Of a stretch of 64,000 nucleotides of DNA, positions 1 to 10,918 are shown piece after piece. Source of the DNA: a virus. Lineage: Duplodnaviria; Heunggongvirae; Uroviricota; Caudoviricetes. The DNA lies in the IMG/VR virus record IMGVR_UViG_3300026097_000012, positions 8,953-72,952 of that record; one strand, 5' to 3'. The position numbers and the translations under genes are program-made. Numbering within the stretch: the stretch's first letter is position 1; the number at the start of each line of letters is the position of its first letter. The notes below the pieces were generated by a model. That model did not search any database and had not been told where the DNA came from. It was given only the letters and a program-made list of their open reading frames with translations.

Positions 1-585
1 TTATTTTTAATACCAGATATTAGAAAAACATTCAGTAATCCACAGGATTATTTTTCTGCAGATTTATATAGATTTGTATTAGGAACATATCAAAAATCAG
101 AAATTCTTAGATATCTTGAGAAATCAGGGACTAAACTAATTGGTACTGATATTAAATTAATAGATCCAATTATTACCAGATATGTTGTAAATACATCAGT
201 TATTGTATTTGATGACGTTTCAATAGAACTAATTAAAAATGATATATATTCAGCAATTGGAGAATATTTTGTTAAGAATACAAGACGAGAAAGAATTCCA
301 AAAAGTGATTTAATTAAATTACTAGAAGATATAAATGGAGTTGACTCTGTTGCAATAACAATGGTTGCCAAAAATAATGAAAATTCTAAAAAGCTGAATT
401 CAAATGCCGCACTTGTAGGGCTTGATGACTTCAATGATATTGTAATTGGAACAAACGAACTTCCTATTGTAAGGGGAGGATGGACTGATAGATATGGAAA
501 TGAATATAAAGAAGGAATATCAGAAGATTCACTAGGAGCAGTTAATATAAAAATAAGCAACATAGTTACTAGACCAACTATGTAA
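1..585 (+). CDS. partial CDS (3' end) of unknown function; the reading frame is open from the window edge
   Basis: Frame 1 has no stop from nt 1 to 585; the track ORF 361..585 is its in-frame continuation. Confidence 0.5.
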   Translation, partial: LFLIPDIRKTFSNPQDYFSADLYRFVLGTYQKSEILRYLEKSGTKLIGTDIKLIDPIITRYVVNTSVIVFDDVSIELIKNDIYSAIGEYFVKNTRRERIPKSDLIKLLEDINGVDSVAITMVAKNNENSKKLNSNAALVGLDDFNDIVIGTNELPIVRGGWTDRYGNEYKEGISEDSLGAVNIKISNIVTRPTM

Positions 586-596
586 TAAATAATATT

Positions 597-842
597 ATGG
601 TAAAAGATAGCATATATAAACCAATCTATGAGAGAAGGGAAAAAAGGTTGCATCGTGGATATGATTATAAAGACAACATCATGAAAAACACTATGTCTAA
701 TCAAATGTTTGATGTAAATCCAGAATTAAATAGTTTCATTAAAAGTATTAATGATATTGTTTATAACTGGATAGAGTCAGTTAAGCAAATTAAAATATTC
801 GCAAATCCGGCAGTTGACAAGTATGAAAATAAAATTAACTAA
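597..842 (+). CDS. hypothetical protein (81 aa)
   Basis: ORF tightly packed with its neighbours; an upstream AT motif variant lies at 583..597. Confidence 0.45.
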   Translation: MVKDSIYKPIYERREKRLHRGYDYKDNIMKNTMSNQMFDVNPELNSFIKSINDIVYNWIESVKQIKIFANPAVDKYENKIN

Positions 843-1580
843 ATGTCAGACGGTAAAATTAAAAAAGAAACTAGAACCCATCTCAAGAATGAGATAGAGT
901 CTCTATTAAGCACAATTAACTCTCAGCCTAATGAGGATCTATTAATTGATAATGAATTAGCGGAAGAAACTAGAGCGCCAAGTCCATATGACTTTGAGAA
1001 GATGAGTGATGAATATACAGTTAAAGCAAAGGCTATAACTGATTCACTATTTAAGAATTTCGTAGATATTGGAATTTTTGAGAAAAATGATTATGCTCGA
1101 CATAAGAAGGAGTTAGATACAATTAATATATCTAACTTATTTTTCCAATTAAGAACTCTTAAGATAACAATCATGAAAGTCATGGAAGAAATTGCATCTG
1201 GTAATACTCATCCTAGGCTACTTGAAGTAATGGGACAATTGCAAGATAAAATGGCAAATATCACAAAGATGCAGGCAAATTATGTTTTGTTTCTTGAAGA
1301 TACATATAAAAAACTTAATAGTGAGGCTCCTGCTAATCCAGATAGTACACAAGTCGACTCTGCACCAGGAGAAGGGCAATTCTTTGTGTCGGTCGGAACT
1401 AAAAATATAATAGACAATTTGCCTGAAGTAGAAGTTACTGACGAAGATTTAATCATAAAGGATGACAGTTTAATATCTCCATCTAATAAATCTGAATTGC
1501 TTAAAAACATAGATGAGGATATTACGATTGATGACGATGAAGGAGACGATGAGTTTATTAATCTTGATGAAATAATTTAA
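843..1580 (+). CDS. hypothetical acidic protein; possible terminase small subunit by position only
   Basis: 245-aa ORF immediately upstream of the terminase large subunit; acidic C-terminus; no motif recognised. Confidence 0.5.
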   Translation: MSDGKIKKETRTHLKNEIESLLSTINSQPNEDLLIDNELAEETRAPSPYDFEKMSDEYTVKAKAITDSLFKNFVDIGIFEKNDYARHKKELDTINISNLFFQLRTLKITIMKVMEEIASGNTHPRLLEVMGQLQDKMANITKMQANYVLFLEDTYKKLNSEAPANPDSTQVDSAPGEGQFFVSVGTKNIIDNLPEVEVTDEDLIIKDDSLISPSNKSELLKNIDEDITIDDDEGDDEFINLDEII

Positions 1581-1584
1581 CACT

Positions 1585-3558
1585 ATGAAGGATATAATGT
1601 CAGGAAGTGGTAGTTTTTCATCCATCAAGGTATCAGCAATCGGAGATGGAGAAAGTAATTATATATGGACTACCGAGAAAATAGAAAAATTAGTAGATGA
1701 TATCAACAATGGTATTGAGGACATTAGAAAGCTTAAGAATTCTCCATTCAAAGATAACGACATTAATTTAAAACGTGAAAAATTACCATTTGAATATACT
1801 AATGAAGAAGTAAATGAGCTTTCAAAGTGTAAATCTAGCCTTCTTTATTTTGTAATCAATTATTGTATTATACAAACTCACGATGGTAGAAAGCTAGTTA
1901 GAGACATCGGAGGATTAAGAGACTTCCAAGAACAAATACTACATACATTTGACAATAATAATTTAAATATACTGATGGCAAGTCGTCAAACAGGTAAGAC
2001 GGTTACCTCAGCTTTATATATGCTATGGTTCCTACTATTTCATCCTGAAAAAACTGCTTTATGTGTAGCTGATAACTTTACAACGACAAAGGAACTTATT
2101 GAGAAATTTAAAATTGCATTAGAAGGTTTACCATTTTATATGAAACCTGGAATAGAAACAATTAACTCAAGTAATGTAAGATTTGATTCAAAATCTAGAC
2201 TAGTTGGTCGTACAACTACTAAGAAATCAGGTATCGGTCTTACAGTTAACTTATTATATGTAGATGAGTTTGCCCATATTAATGAATCTAATCTTGATGA
2301 ATTTTACAGAGCAATTTTCCCTACTGTTACTGCCGATCCAAATGGTAAGATTATATTGACATCTACACCAAATGGTAAGAATAAATTCTGGGAAATATGG
2401 AAAGATGCAGTTGATGGTAAATCAAGATACGTTCCATTAAGAGTAGATTGGTGGCAGGTACCAGGACGTGGAGATGCTTGGAAAAAAGAAGTTATTGCCG
2501 ATTTAGGTTCAGTAGAAGACTTTAACCAGGAATATGGATTACAGTTCTTTTCTTCTGATAAATTGTTATTAAACTCACGAGATCTTAAAAGACTAGAATT
2601 AATCAAAAAATCCTACGTGCAAACAAATTTAGTTTTAGAAGAAGACCTAGCTCATATAAATGAGTATTTATATTTCCATAAGAATTATTCTAGTAGAACA
2701 CTTGACGATTTTAAATCAGATCAAGCTAATTACGTATTTAGTATAGATACGGCAGATGGGATAGGTGCAGATTATTCAGTTCTTAATATCTATAAAGTAG
2801 TAAGTATGCCTATAAAAGATCTTATGAAAAAGAAAGAAATAGTTAAAAATGAAATAGACGCAATATCTATTGTACAAGTGGGCTACTTAAGAAGTAATCA
2901 ATTAGACATCGGAGAGTTTGCTATTGCATGTGAGCATATAATATATAACATATTCAATACTGATCAAACTAGAATCATAATAGAGCTTAATCATAAGGGT
3001 GATATTATATTAGAGCATCTTAAGGAAAACGATGATTATTGGCCAGGACAAATAGTTCACACTAAGCATACACAAGCAGCAGTTAACTTTAAGCCTGGAT
3101 TACGACTAGGTCCTTCAAATAAGATTAAATACTGTGAAAAATTCAAATATTTAGTTACGATTAATAGAATAATTCCAAATGACGAATTTACAATTACTGA
3201 GCTCCAATCGTTTGGTAGATCAAAAGGCGGAATTTACAGAGGACAAAATGGAAATGATGATTTAGCAATGACATCAGTTAATATGTCATCATTATTTGAA
3301 TCTTCTCAATTTTGGGACATAGCAATTGAAACATTTGAAAGACAATCGCCTGAATACGTGAAACAGTTAGAGGAAGATATTTTTAGCATCCATAGAACAG
3401 GAAGAAGGAAATCTGCATATGATTTCGATGAATTGAAAAGAATGAATGCTAGACAAGATAATGGAGGTCAAAACCGTAAGGATATAAAAGTTGACGTGTT
3501 TAATACAGAGTCACTATCTCATATGAAAAGTTTACAAGATAAATTTTTTAAATCTTAA
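1585..3558 (+). CDS. terminase large subunit (ATPase + nuclease)
   Basis: Walker A-like MASRQTGKT, Walker B LLYVDEFAHI; length 657 aa and layout typical of T4-type large terminases. Confidence 0.88.
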   Translation: MKDIMSGSGSFSSIKVSAIGDGESNYIWTTEKIEKLVDDINNGIEDIRKLKNSPFKDNDINLKREKLPFEYTNEEVNELSKCKSSLLYFVINYCIIQTHDGRKLVRDIGGLRDFQEQILHTFDNNNLNILMASRQTGKTVTSALYMLWFLLFHPEKTALCVADNFTTTKELIEKFKIALEGLPFYMKPGIETINSSNVRFDSKSRLVGRTTTKKSGIGLTVNLLYVDEFAHINESNLDEFYRAIFPTVTADPNGKIILTSTPNGKNKFWEIWKDAVDGKSRYVPLRVDWWQVPGRGDAWKKEVIADLGSVEDFNQEYGLQFFSSDKLLLNSRDLKRLELIKKSYVQTNLVLEEDLAHINEYLYFHKNYSSRTLDDFKSDQANYVFSIDTADGIGADYSVLNIYKVVSMPIKDLMKKKEIVKNEIDAISIVQVGYLRSNQLDIGEFAIACEHIIYNIFNTDQTRIIIELNHKGDIILEHLKENDDYWPGQIVHTKHTQAAVNFKPGLRLGPSNKIKYCEKFKYLVTINRIIPNDEFTITELQSFGRSKGGIYRGQNGNDDLAMTSVNMSSLFESSQFWDIAIETFERQSPEYVKQLEEDIFSIHRTGRRKSAYDFDELKRMNARQDNGGQNRKDIKVDVFNTESLSHMKSLQDKFFKS

Positions 3559-3613
3559 TTTCAAAGTGGTATAATATATCTGCACTAATAGTGCTAACGA
3601 TAACGACAACGAT

Positions 3614-3937
3614 ATGAGAAAATTACAGTTTACTGGTGACGCTACCATAGAGGAGATATATGAGATACACAAAAGCGAAATTTACAACAACGTATTAGAA
3701 TTAATTGAAAAAAATTACCGAAGTGACGAAATATATGAAATCGATGTGGTAAAAATATCTACAGAATCAAAAGATCATATAATTACTCTTACGAGAGATA
3801 AGTTTATTGCTAGTTTGAACCGATGCATTGCCTTTTTTGAAAAATTGGAGGAATACGAAAAATGCCAAGTTTGCGTAAATATGATCACTGAAATCAAAAA
3901 TAAAAATAAAAAAATAACTAGCGTAAATGGGATTTGA
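3614..3937 (+). CDS. hypothetical protein (107 aa)
   Basis: ORF only. Confidence 0.45.
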   Translation: MRKLQFTGDATIEEIYEIHKSEIYNNVLELIEKNYRSDEIYEIDVVKISTESKDHIITLTRDKFIASLNRCIAFFEKLEEYEKCQVCVNMITEIKNKNKKITSVNGI

Positions 3938-4565
3938 GGAAACTAACAAAATTATCAATGAAAGAATTCAGGAAATAGCACAAAAATTTGCAAATAAATC
4001 AATAACGGAACGTGAGAGAAATGAGCTCGCATCACTGATATATCCTAAATTAAGATATCATATCTGGAAATTTTGTATGAATAATACAGATACAGATGAA
4101 GCGTTACAATGGACTCTTAAAAAGATATTTAATAATGTTGCAAAATTTGATTTTGAAAAGGGTAGATTTACAACATGGATTTATACTATAGCAAGAAACG
4201 AGACTTTATATTATTTACATATGAAGAAGAGAAACTCGTTTGGTACATTTGAAGGAATAACCGATAATACAGATGTTGGAGGATATTCTGATGTAGATAA
4301 CTTTGATGATTTTGAAGAAAATCTAGATTCATTATATAATATAACTGTTGCGGAAATATATGGAATTGAAGATTCCTTATTAAAAAATATAGCAGTGGAT
4401 AAAATGCTTAAAAAGCAAAAAGTAAAAAACATTGCAGATAAGTATAGTATCAATGAAAATACTGTAAAGACTAAGCTTAGAAAAATACGAACAGATATTA
4501 AAAGCAAAGTCTTAGAGAAAAATCCCCATTTCAGGGAAACATTAAATCACATTTTTGACATATGA
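3927..4565 (+). CDS. sigma-70 family (ECF-like) phage sigma factor
   Basis: Region-2-like [17 protein letters not shown] and C-terminal region-4 helix-turn-helix ([20 protein letters not shown]). Confidence 0.7.
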   Translation: MGFEETNKIINERIQEIAQKFANKSITERERNELASLIYPKLRYHIWKFCMNNTDTDEALQWTLKKIFNNVAKFDFEKGRFTTWIYTIARNETLYYLHMKKRNSFGTFEGITDNTDVGGYSDVDNFDDFEENLDSLYNITVAEIYGIEDSLLKNIAVDKMLKKQKVKNIADKYSINENTVKTKLRKIRTDIKSKVLEKNPHFRETLNHIFDI

Positions 4566-5035
4566 AACTAAAAGACTATATTTACCCAAATAGAGTGTAT
4601 AAGTCACTCAAACTTGCATTAAAAGAAAAAGTATATGCAGCAAGATATGCTAGCATTTTAAATGATTTAGAGCGAGAAGAAAAACTTAAAAGAATTGGAT
4701 TTAGAAAAGATGGAAATAAATTATTTTTCGGAGTTAATTTAAATCCAGAATTATTAATGTATACTGAGGATTCTAAAGAATCAGTTGAATTAAGATTCGT
4801 ATCAGATGCTACTAAAAAATATACTGATTTTTTACAAAACGAAGGAATCCTAGATTCAATCAAAGCGGATTACGAAAGAGTATTCACAGAAGATTTTTAT
4901 GGATATATTGTACAGATATCATATGACTATAGAAACTACTTACCTAAGAAATTTAAATATGATATTGGGTATTTTATTGGACTATCGGCAATTGTTATCG
5001 GAGGCATCCTAATCACATTATTAAGTATATTTTAA
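4562..5035 (+). CDS. hypothetical protein with C-terminal transmembrane helix
   Basis: ORF; hydrophobic C-terminus [17 protein letters not shown]. Confidence 0.5.
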   Translation: MKLKDYIYPNRVYKSLKLALKEKVYAARYASILNDLEREEKLKRIGFRKDGNKLFFGVNLNPELLMYTEDSKESVELRFVSDATKKYTDFLQNEGILDSIKADYERVFTEDFYGYIVQISYDYRNYLPKKFKYDIGYFIGLSAIVIGGILITLLSIF

Positions 5036-5045
5036 TATCCGATAA

Positions 5046-5059
5046 ATAAATAATAAAAA
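5046..5059 (+). promoter_or_regulatory. phage promoter-like motif ATAAATAATAAAAA, 13 nt upstream of the ATG
   Basis: Exact 14-mer. Confidence 0.5.
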
Positions 5060-5072
5060 TAAATACATAAAG

Positions 5073-5396
5073 ATGAAAGACTTTTTAATAAAATATAAGG
5101 TTCACATACTCGCTACTATATTAGCAATAGTATTTATTGGATCATGTTCAAAATCTAGAAAAATTAGTCGCTTTGAAAAAGCAGAAGTAGAATATACTAA
5201 TTCAATTGATAGTTTAAACACAGTGATTTCTATAAAGGATGCTAGATTAGATTCTATTCCTGAAATACTAAAAATAGAGAAACTATCAATATATTTGTCT
5301 CTTGATGATACAATATCAAGAGTAGACAGAACTCCACAATTAATGGGATTTCACACTCTAATTAAGGATAAAATAAAAGATATCCAAAATGATTAA
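5073..5396 (+). CDS. putative lipoprotein
   Basis: Signal peptide with lipobox FIGSC; preceded by the late-promoter-like motif at 5046..5059. Confidence 0.55.
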   Translation: MKDFLIKYKVHILATILAIVFIGSCSKSRKISRFEKAEVEYTNSIDSLNTVISIKDARLDSIPEILKIEKLSIYLSLDDTISRVDRTPQLMGFHTLIKDKIKDIQND

Positions 5397-6312
5397 ATGG
5401 ATCAAGTCTAATAGAAATACGATAATCCGTAACTCATTTTTACTTCCAATATTATTGGTCGTAATTATGTCGATTAGTCATGTTATAAGTTGGTATGATT
5501 TAGGTAATCCAATGTCATGGGCAATATATCTGTCGGTTGCTATTGAGATATTTGCACTTGCTTCAGTATCAGCGTCTTCTATTAAAATGAAACGAGGATC
5601 AATATGGTTTTTATTTGGATTAGTTACACTGATTCAAATAATTGGTAACATGTTCTATGAATTCAATTATATAAATCCAACTGGAGAAAATTTCATAGCT
5701 TGGATAGAGCTTATTAATCCTATGTTTGAAGATTGGGAAGTTATTGATCATCGAAGATTTCTAGCAACTATACAAGGTGGAACACTTCCAATAATGTCAC
5801 TTACTGCTCTTCATTTTTACATTAAATTTAATGATCTTGCACATACTGAAGAAACACCAAATGACAAAACTAAGAGGTACTTCGATGCTAGAAATAGAAA
5901 AATGGAAGAAATGGTAGCAGCCAATTCCAAATCAGATGAGGAAATTATCGCAGATGGAGAAAAAATGAAAGTCAAAAAAGCAATGACTAGAGCTTCTAAA
6001 ATGAGCGAAAATATAGAAACAGATGAAAATGAACCTACTGCTCTTGCATTCACACAAAGTGAGGAACAACATTTAAAAAAATCAGAAATTGATAGAGCTG
6101 CTGAAATAGATGCCAGAATCGATGAAGAACTTAAAAAAGTAACAACTGATGATAGTCCAAAGGTTAATCTAGAGGACACTCACGCTAACGCTGATATAGA
6201 TAAAGATATACACGATTCTCGTGGAAATACACCTATCTATTCAAAACAAATAGACCCTAGCACTGGTAAATTTGTTCATAAAAAAATAGACCAGACTTAT
6301 GGCAATTCCTAA
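5389..6312 (+). CDS. membrane protein (multi-TM N-terminus, acidic C-terminus)
   Basis: Several hydrophobic helices in the first ~150 aa; D/E-rich C-terminal tail. Confidence 0.55.
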   Translation: MIKWIKSNRNTIIRNSFLLPILLVVIMSISHVISWYDLGNPMSWAIYLSVAIEIFALASVSASSIKMKRGSIWFLFGLVTLIQIIGNMFYEFNYINPTGENFIAWIELINPMFEDWEVIDHRRFLATIQGGTLPIMSLTALHFYIKFNDLAHTEETPNDKTKRYFDARNRKMEEMVAANSKSDEEIIADGEKMKVKKAMTRASKMSENIETDENEPTALAFTQSEEQHLKKSEIDRAAEIDARIDEELKKVTTDDSPKVNLEDTHANADIDKDIHDSRGNTPIYSKQIDPSTGKFVHKKIDQTYGNS

Positions 6313-6838
6313 ATTAGACAGTGTATGTAACAATGCAGCATCTGATGCTCAACCTATATTACAACTATTTGACGATAAATGTTTTAAAATAGTAGAAAAA
6401 GCAAAAGCCGAATCAGTATTCTGCTTAGATGACTTTGCGTTTCCAGTAGATGGAAAATCATGTATTTCTTTAGAAGGAGAAATGGACGGAGGCGAATTGA
6501 TGCTATTTGATAACCAAATATTAACAGCAGGGTCTCCTGTATTAGATCTACAATCTGATTCAATTTACGTAAGGGGAATAATGGTTAAAATAGAATATCC
6601 AGAAAATGATTCTAATGGAGAAGAAATAGATATCACAGATAAAAACGTGGAAATATGGATAGAAGATGCAGAAACTTTAGATTATAAAGAGCATCCATTG
6701 TATAATTTATTTGTAATGTTTACTAATCCTAAGTCAAATGACCCACGTCATCTGATAAATAGAATAAAGATAGTTAATCCTAATCCACTGTATTCAGTTT
6801 CGATTACGGCATTAATAGTCTACGGAAAAGTAAAATAA
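6299..6838 (+). CDS. hypothetical protein (179 aa)
   Basis: ORF only. Confidence 0.5.
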   Translation: MAIPKLDSVCNNAASDAQPILQLFDDKCFKIVEKAKAESVFCLDDFAFPVDGKSCISLEGEMDGGELMLFDNQILTAGSPVLDLQSDSIYVRGIMVKIEYPENDSNGEEIDITDKNVEIWIEDAETLDYKEHPLYNLFVMFTNPKSNDPRHLINRIKIVNPNPLYSVSITALIVYGKVK

Positions 6839-6847
6839 TAATATACA

Positions 6848-7270
6848 ATGAACGATTTTGCAACAGAATTAATTGAACTTAATAACGCAGCTTCTGCATC
6901 TCCAGAATTGTCGTATAAGCCAATCTATATCGTAACCGATAAAAGAAGAGTTGATCCTAATAAAACAACATTAAAATATCTGCAAGTAGGTGGACCAACA
7001 GCAAATGATAAAATTGGTAATGCTCTTGGAGCAATATTCAAAGTTGAATTTGTAGATCTTTCTGCGTTATCTGCTACTCATATTAAAATATGGGGAATTC
7101 ATAACGATGATGATTCTGCAGTAATTTATCCAGTCGCATATCTAAATGGTATAACTCTAAATGTTGTGCTAGATAAATTTGAATTTACTGATGCTGTTGG
7201 AAATATAGCAGCTGCGGGAGGAGCATACACGATAATAGGACATAGAAAGAATACACAACCGTTACTATAA
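6848..7270 (+). CDS. hypothetical protein (140 aa)
   Basis: ORF only. Confidence 0.5.
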   Translation: MNDFATELIELNNAASASPELSYKPIYIVTDKRRVDPNKTTLKYLQVGGPTANDKIGNALGAIFKVEFVDLSALSATHIKIWGIHNDDDSAVIYPVAYLNGITLNVVLDKFEFTDAVGNIAAAGGAYTIIGHRKNTQPLL

Positions 7271-7734
7271 TGAGTAAATTAAACGAAGCTAGAGGATTTA
7301 ATATGTTTCAACAGCGAGACAAAATGGCAGGGCTACCTTTCACAGGTCGATCTGGTGATTTTAACTTTGTAACTGGACGCAGCCAATTTACTCCTGGTAT
7401 TTCAATTAAACAACTTCCACTTAGTGACCTATCATTACCAACTGACGTTGGAATATCAGAATTCCAATCTAATGTAAATGTAATTAAACACTACTTTAGA
7501 CCAGGAATGAGAGTCAGGGGATTACTCGTTAATTCTAAAATTGGATCTAATAAAGGTAGAATAGTTATTGGAAAACTTGAAAAGATCGATGTAAATCGAC
7601 GTGACCATACAATAAAAGTTTATATCAAAGATCCTGAAACATTAGAAACTCAAGAGATATACATTGACTCACTAGAAAGATTATATGAACATAGATATCG
7701 AGCATTCAGTTTCTCAGAGTTCATAGGATCTTAA
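7270..7734 (+). CDS. hypothetical protein (154 aa)
   Basis: ORF followed by a rho-independent terminator. Confidence 0.5.
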   Translation: MSKLNEARGFNMFQQRDKMAGLPFTGRSGDFNFVTGRSQFTPGISIKQLPLSDLSLPTDVGISEFQSNVNVIKHYFRPGMRVRGLLVNSKIGSNKGRIVIGKLEKIDVNRRDHTIKVYIKDPETLETQEIYIDSLERLYEHRYRAFSFSEFIGS

Positions 7735-7756
7735 ATCAATAAATAATATTAATAGA

Positions 7757-7792
7757 AAGCTGCTGTTTCTAAAACTAGCAGCTTCTTTTTTT
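7757..7792 (+). terminator. rho-independent terminator
   Basis: Stem aagctgct/agcagctt (8 bp) followed by a T-run. Confidence 0.75.
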
Positions 7793-7820
7793 ATATAAGA
7801 TAAAAAAATCTATTTTTATT

Positions 7821-8825
7821 ATGGATGATAATCAAAATGAAGAATTAGCTATGCTAGATAAGATGGACGCTGAAGGAGGAGTTAATAAGCCAATTTCCGA
7901 GGCAGATGAAATCGTAGAAAAATCAGAACCGGTTAAATCACTAGGCAAAGCTAAAAGTTATGAACATCGCGAACATGTAATGTCAGCTGTCGAAGATTCT
8001 CCGTGGAAACTTCTAAATTTGGAATTACTTCCTTCTCGTGGAATGTTCTATCCTCATGATTCAGAGCTAATGATCAAATCTGCGACAGGACGGGAAATTA
8101 GACACTGGTCTACTATGGATGAACATGATCCAATTGATGTAAGAGAAAAAATAAACTTTGTGCTAAATAAATGTTCTAAATTTAAAGTTAGAGGAAATCC
8201 TAGACTTATGAATTTTAGTGAATTCTCAGATGTAGACAAGTACCATATATTATTTAGAATATACGAATTGACATTTCCTAATCAGGAAAATAAATTAATG
8301 GCTAAATTAAGATGCGCAAATGGAAAATGTAAGCATGTAAATAAACTTCAAGTAACTAGTAAAAATTTATTAGGATTTGAAATACCTGAAGAGATTTACA
8401 AATATTATAATCCCGATGAAAAATGTTTCGTTGTTCACTCTCCTAAGTTAGAAGAAACACTTAGGTTCTATTTACCAACGTCAGGAACGATGGATAAATT
8501 CAGAGAAAAAAGGAAAGAGGAAGAAAAATCAGGAATAGAAATTGATAAAGCTTTCTATAACGTTGGACCGTATCTAGTACAAGATTTTAAACAATTAAAT
8601 CGTATATCATTATCTAAATTGAAACAAGAAACATTCGGATGGAACGATCTTAAATTTACAATTATCCATAAGTTTACCGAGATGTTACGAAAAGCAGCAG
8701 TAAATAGGGCGACTGGTGTATGTGAAAAATGTAAGTCCAGATTGGAGAGCTCGATTTTTTTGGGAGGAAGCTTCACTGTCAAAGATATTTTCATTGTTTC
8801 AACTGGACTTGATGAACTTATTTGA
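7821..8825 (+). CDS. hypothetical zinc-ribbon protein (334 aa)
   Basis: Two Cys pairs CANGKC ... CEKCKS; no further assignment. Confidence 0.55.
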   Translation: MDDNQNEELAMLDKMDAEGGVNKPISEADEIVEKSEPVKSLGKAKSYEHREHVMSAVEDSPWKLLNLELLPSRGMFYPHDSELMIKSATGREIRHWSTMDEHDPIDVREKINFVLNKCSKFKVRGNPRLMNFSEFSDVDKYHILFRIYELTFPNQENKLMAKLRCANGKCKHVNKLQVTSKNLLGFEIPEEIYKYYNPDEKCFVVHSPKLEETLRFYLPTSGTMDKFREKRKEEEKSGIEIDKAFYNVGPYLVQDFKQLNRISLSKLKQETFGWNDLKFTIIHKFTEMLRKAAVNRATGVCEKCKSRLESSIFLGGSFTVKDIFIVSTGLDELI

Positions 8826-9027
8826 GCTAAATGCTCGATTGGCAGTGAAGCTTAACCAAAGCTTTGATACACTATACGATTTAGAATATATGGAATATTC
8901 TCTGCTTTTAAATATCATAAATAAGGATATTGAGGAAGAAAATGAGAGAATTTCTGAGATTGAAAGACAAAGGGAAGATAATAACTCTCAGTTGAAAGTA
9001 AACTTGCCTTCTCATTTGAAATCCTAA
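8811..9027 (+). CDS. hypothetical protein (the likely start is the internal ATG of track ORF 8716..9027)
   Basis: The ATG overlaps the stop of the upstream gene (ATGA-type coupling). Confidence 0.4.
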
Positions 9028-9040
9028 TAAATAATAAAAA
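9027..9040 (+). promoter_or_regulatory. phage promoter-like motif ATAAATAATAAAAA
   Basis: Exact 14-mer 11 nt upstream of the TTG start 9052. Confidence 0.5.
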
Positions 9041-9051
9041 ATGACAAATCA

Positions 9052-10677
9052 TTGAGTGTTTCAAATTATATAGATAATTACAATAGGAAACGTGATAATA
9101 TTATTCAAAGTAATATTGAATATTCTAATAATAATCCGTACCCTATTGATGAGTTAAATGAATTAGGAAATAGTACTGTTCTTAAATATGTGTTTGATGA
9201 GAATGGACAAATTCCATCTGCACAGAAAAGAATAAAATTACTTGCTATTGAAGACAATAAAGATCTATATGATAGATTATCAAATGGTGCTCGTGGATTA
9301 GAAAAACTTAAACAAAATGAAAAGTTATTAGAAATTGATCCAGAAGCAGTGCTTAAATCTAGATTCGACGAAGTCGTTAAAGTACTTAATAGAACTAACT
9401 CTACTACAGATGGAAATATTAAATTAGATGAATGGTTAAATGGAGAAATAACAGAAGGCAACTTCAATACGTTTGGTGAATTATATAATGCAATATTAGA
9501 ATCTTCTAATATGACTGGAATTGATGCAGATATAGAATTCGTAATATCAGCATTTAAAGAATTAAGTGGAAGTGATGAAACTGATGAACCTACTGATGAC
9601 GTTAATACGTTAAATGATGAGGACATCATCGATGAAGTAATTGACGGAGAAGATCCATTAAACTTAGGAGAAACATCGGAAACATCTGATATAGTAGAAG
9701 GAGAAATTACTGAGACTGCTCCTGAGCTTGAACCTGAATTAACACTAACCGACGATGAATTAGATGAGGATAGAGGATTTACGGAAATAGATGAAGTATC
9801 TCCAATTAATGAAGAGGCTACAGTCGGTGATTTTGATACAAATGAAGATGGAACAGTATCTCTATCTGAATATAATGAAAATATAAATTCTATAATAAAT
9901 GATATTCAGGAAAATGTAACCAATGAAACATCAAATATAGACAATCAGATAAATGAGGCAATTAACAACAACGATAGATCTTATTTAGACAATATTAATA
10001 ATGAGACCGAAGGCGATGTTATAAATAATTCTAGTTCTATAACTGAATCTAATGAATCATCCACTACTTCGTCAACTGGTACTGGAAGTGGATATTTTGA
10101 TGACGATATTGCTCCAACATCATCCAGGGATTTGGAGATTCTTAGATCTACTCTTGGAATGACAAGCGAAAGGGAAACTGCTTCTGAATCAAATGATACA
10201 ATAAATGATTCAAACAGAGATGGAATAGAAGTAGTAGATGATACAATAAATGATTCAAACAGAGATGGAATAGAAGTAGTAGATGATATAATTAATGAGA
10301 CATCAGTTAATTCTGATTCACCTAGCATTGGAACAAATAATATGTCAGCTGATACTGATACTGAAGAAACTGAGGTAGTTAGGGACAGAGTAGGAATAGA
10401 TAAATTTGTCGCACCGATTAATACTCCAGCTATTGATAGAACTAATGATGAAACTAAACCAATCGGAGAAGAAGTAAAAATGACGGAGGTTAAATCTGAA
10501 TCCAATGATGCAGCTCTTCCAGAAAAAACTGAAACATCAATTACGAACAATGAAAACAATAAATCAGAAACTGTAAATCCTGGATATACATTTGTTGATA
10601 TTTCACAGGTAGAAGCGAGACTTAGAAAAATAGAAAATCTATTATCGTCTCCACTAGAAGTTAAAATAGTAGACTAA
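9052..10677 (+). CDS. highly acidic repeat-containing protein (541 aa), TTG start
   Basis: D/E/S/T-rich low complexity; contains the 2 x 45-bp tandem repeat; promoter motif at 9027..9040. Confidence 0.6.
   Translation: MSVSNYIDNYNRKRDNIIQSNIEYSNNNPYPIDELNELGNSTVLKYVFDENGQIPSAQKRIKLLAIEDNKDLYDRLSNGARGLEKLKQNEKLLEIDPEAVLKSRFDEVVKVLNRTNSTTDGNIKLDEWLNGEITEGNFNTFGELYNAILESSNMTGIDADIEFVISAFKELSGSDETDEPTDDVNTLNDEDIIDEVIDGEDPLNLGETSETSDIVEGEITETAPELEPELTLTDDELDEDRGFTEIDEVSPINEEATVGDFDTNEDGTVSLSEYNENINSIINDIQENVTNETSNIDNQINEAINNNDRSYLDNINNETEGDVINNSSSITESNESSTTSSTGTGSGYFDDDIAPTSSRDLEILRSTLGMTSERETASESNDTINDSNRDGIEVVDDTINDSNRDGIEVVDDIINETSVNSDSPSIGTNNMSADTDTEETEVVRDRVGIDKFVAPINTPAIDRTNDETKPIGEEVKMTEVKSESNDAALPEKTETSITNNENNKSETVNPGYTFVDISQVEARLRKIENLLSSPLEVKIVD
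10195..10284 (+). repeat. perfect 2 x 45-bp direct tandem repeat inside the CDS (peptide DTINDSNRDGIEVVD x2)
   Basis: gatacaataaatgattcaaacagagatggaatagaagtagtagat repeated exactly. Confidence 0.9.
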
Positions 10678-10916
10678 TGAATATAAAAGAAGAATACAAA
10701 AAAGAACTAAAAGCTATTGTTAATCGATATGCTGAAATTCATATTGAAATAAAAAAGTTAGAGGAAGAGATGTTAAAACTAGTCGATTCAAAAAACGACG
10801 TATCAACTGAACTCCTTAATTTAAGAGATACTGAGATATCCCTAATAAATAAAATAGAAGAGGATATAGGGGAAAAACTAACCCAGGAATTTCTTACTGA
10901 AATAGTAAACTCATAA
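10677..10916 (+). CDS. hypothetical coiled-coil protein (79 aa)
   Basis: ORF with heptad-like composition. Confidence 0.45.
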   Translation: MNIKEEYKKELKAIVNRYAEIHIEIKKLEEEMLKLVDSKNDVSTELLNLRDTEISLINKIEEDIGEKLTQEFLTEIVNS

Positions 10917-10918
10917 TT

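Noticed and set aside
90-704. Minus-strand ORFs that overlap + strand genes (90..704, 1280..1510, 2304..2606, 4211..4507, 5817..6179, 9105..9629, 9981..10559, 41008..41238, 43092..43316 and similar)
   Set aside because: They lie antisense within clearly coding + strand genes or across tRNA genes. Their peptides are low complexity (S/L/I-rich), typical of reverse-frame artefacts in AT-rich DNA.
10195-10284. CRISPR array or other interspaced repeat
   Set aside because: Only two directly adjacent copies, in frame inside a CDS. No spacer-repeat architecture anywhere in the window.
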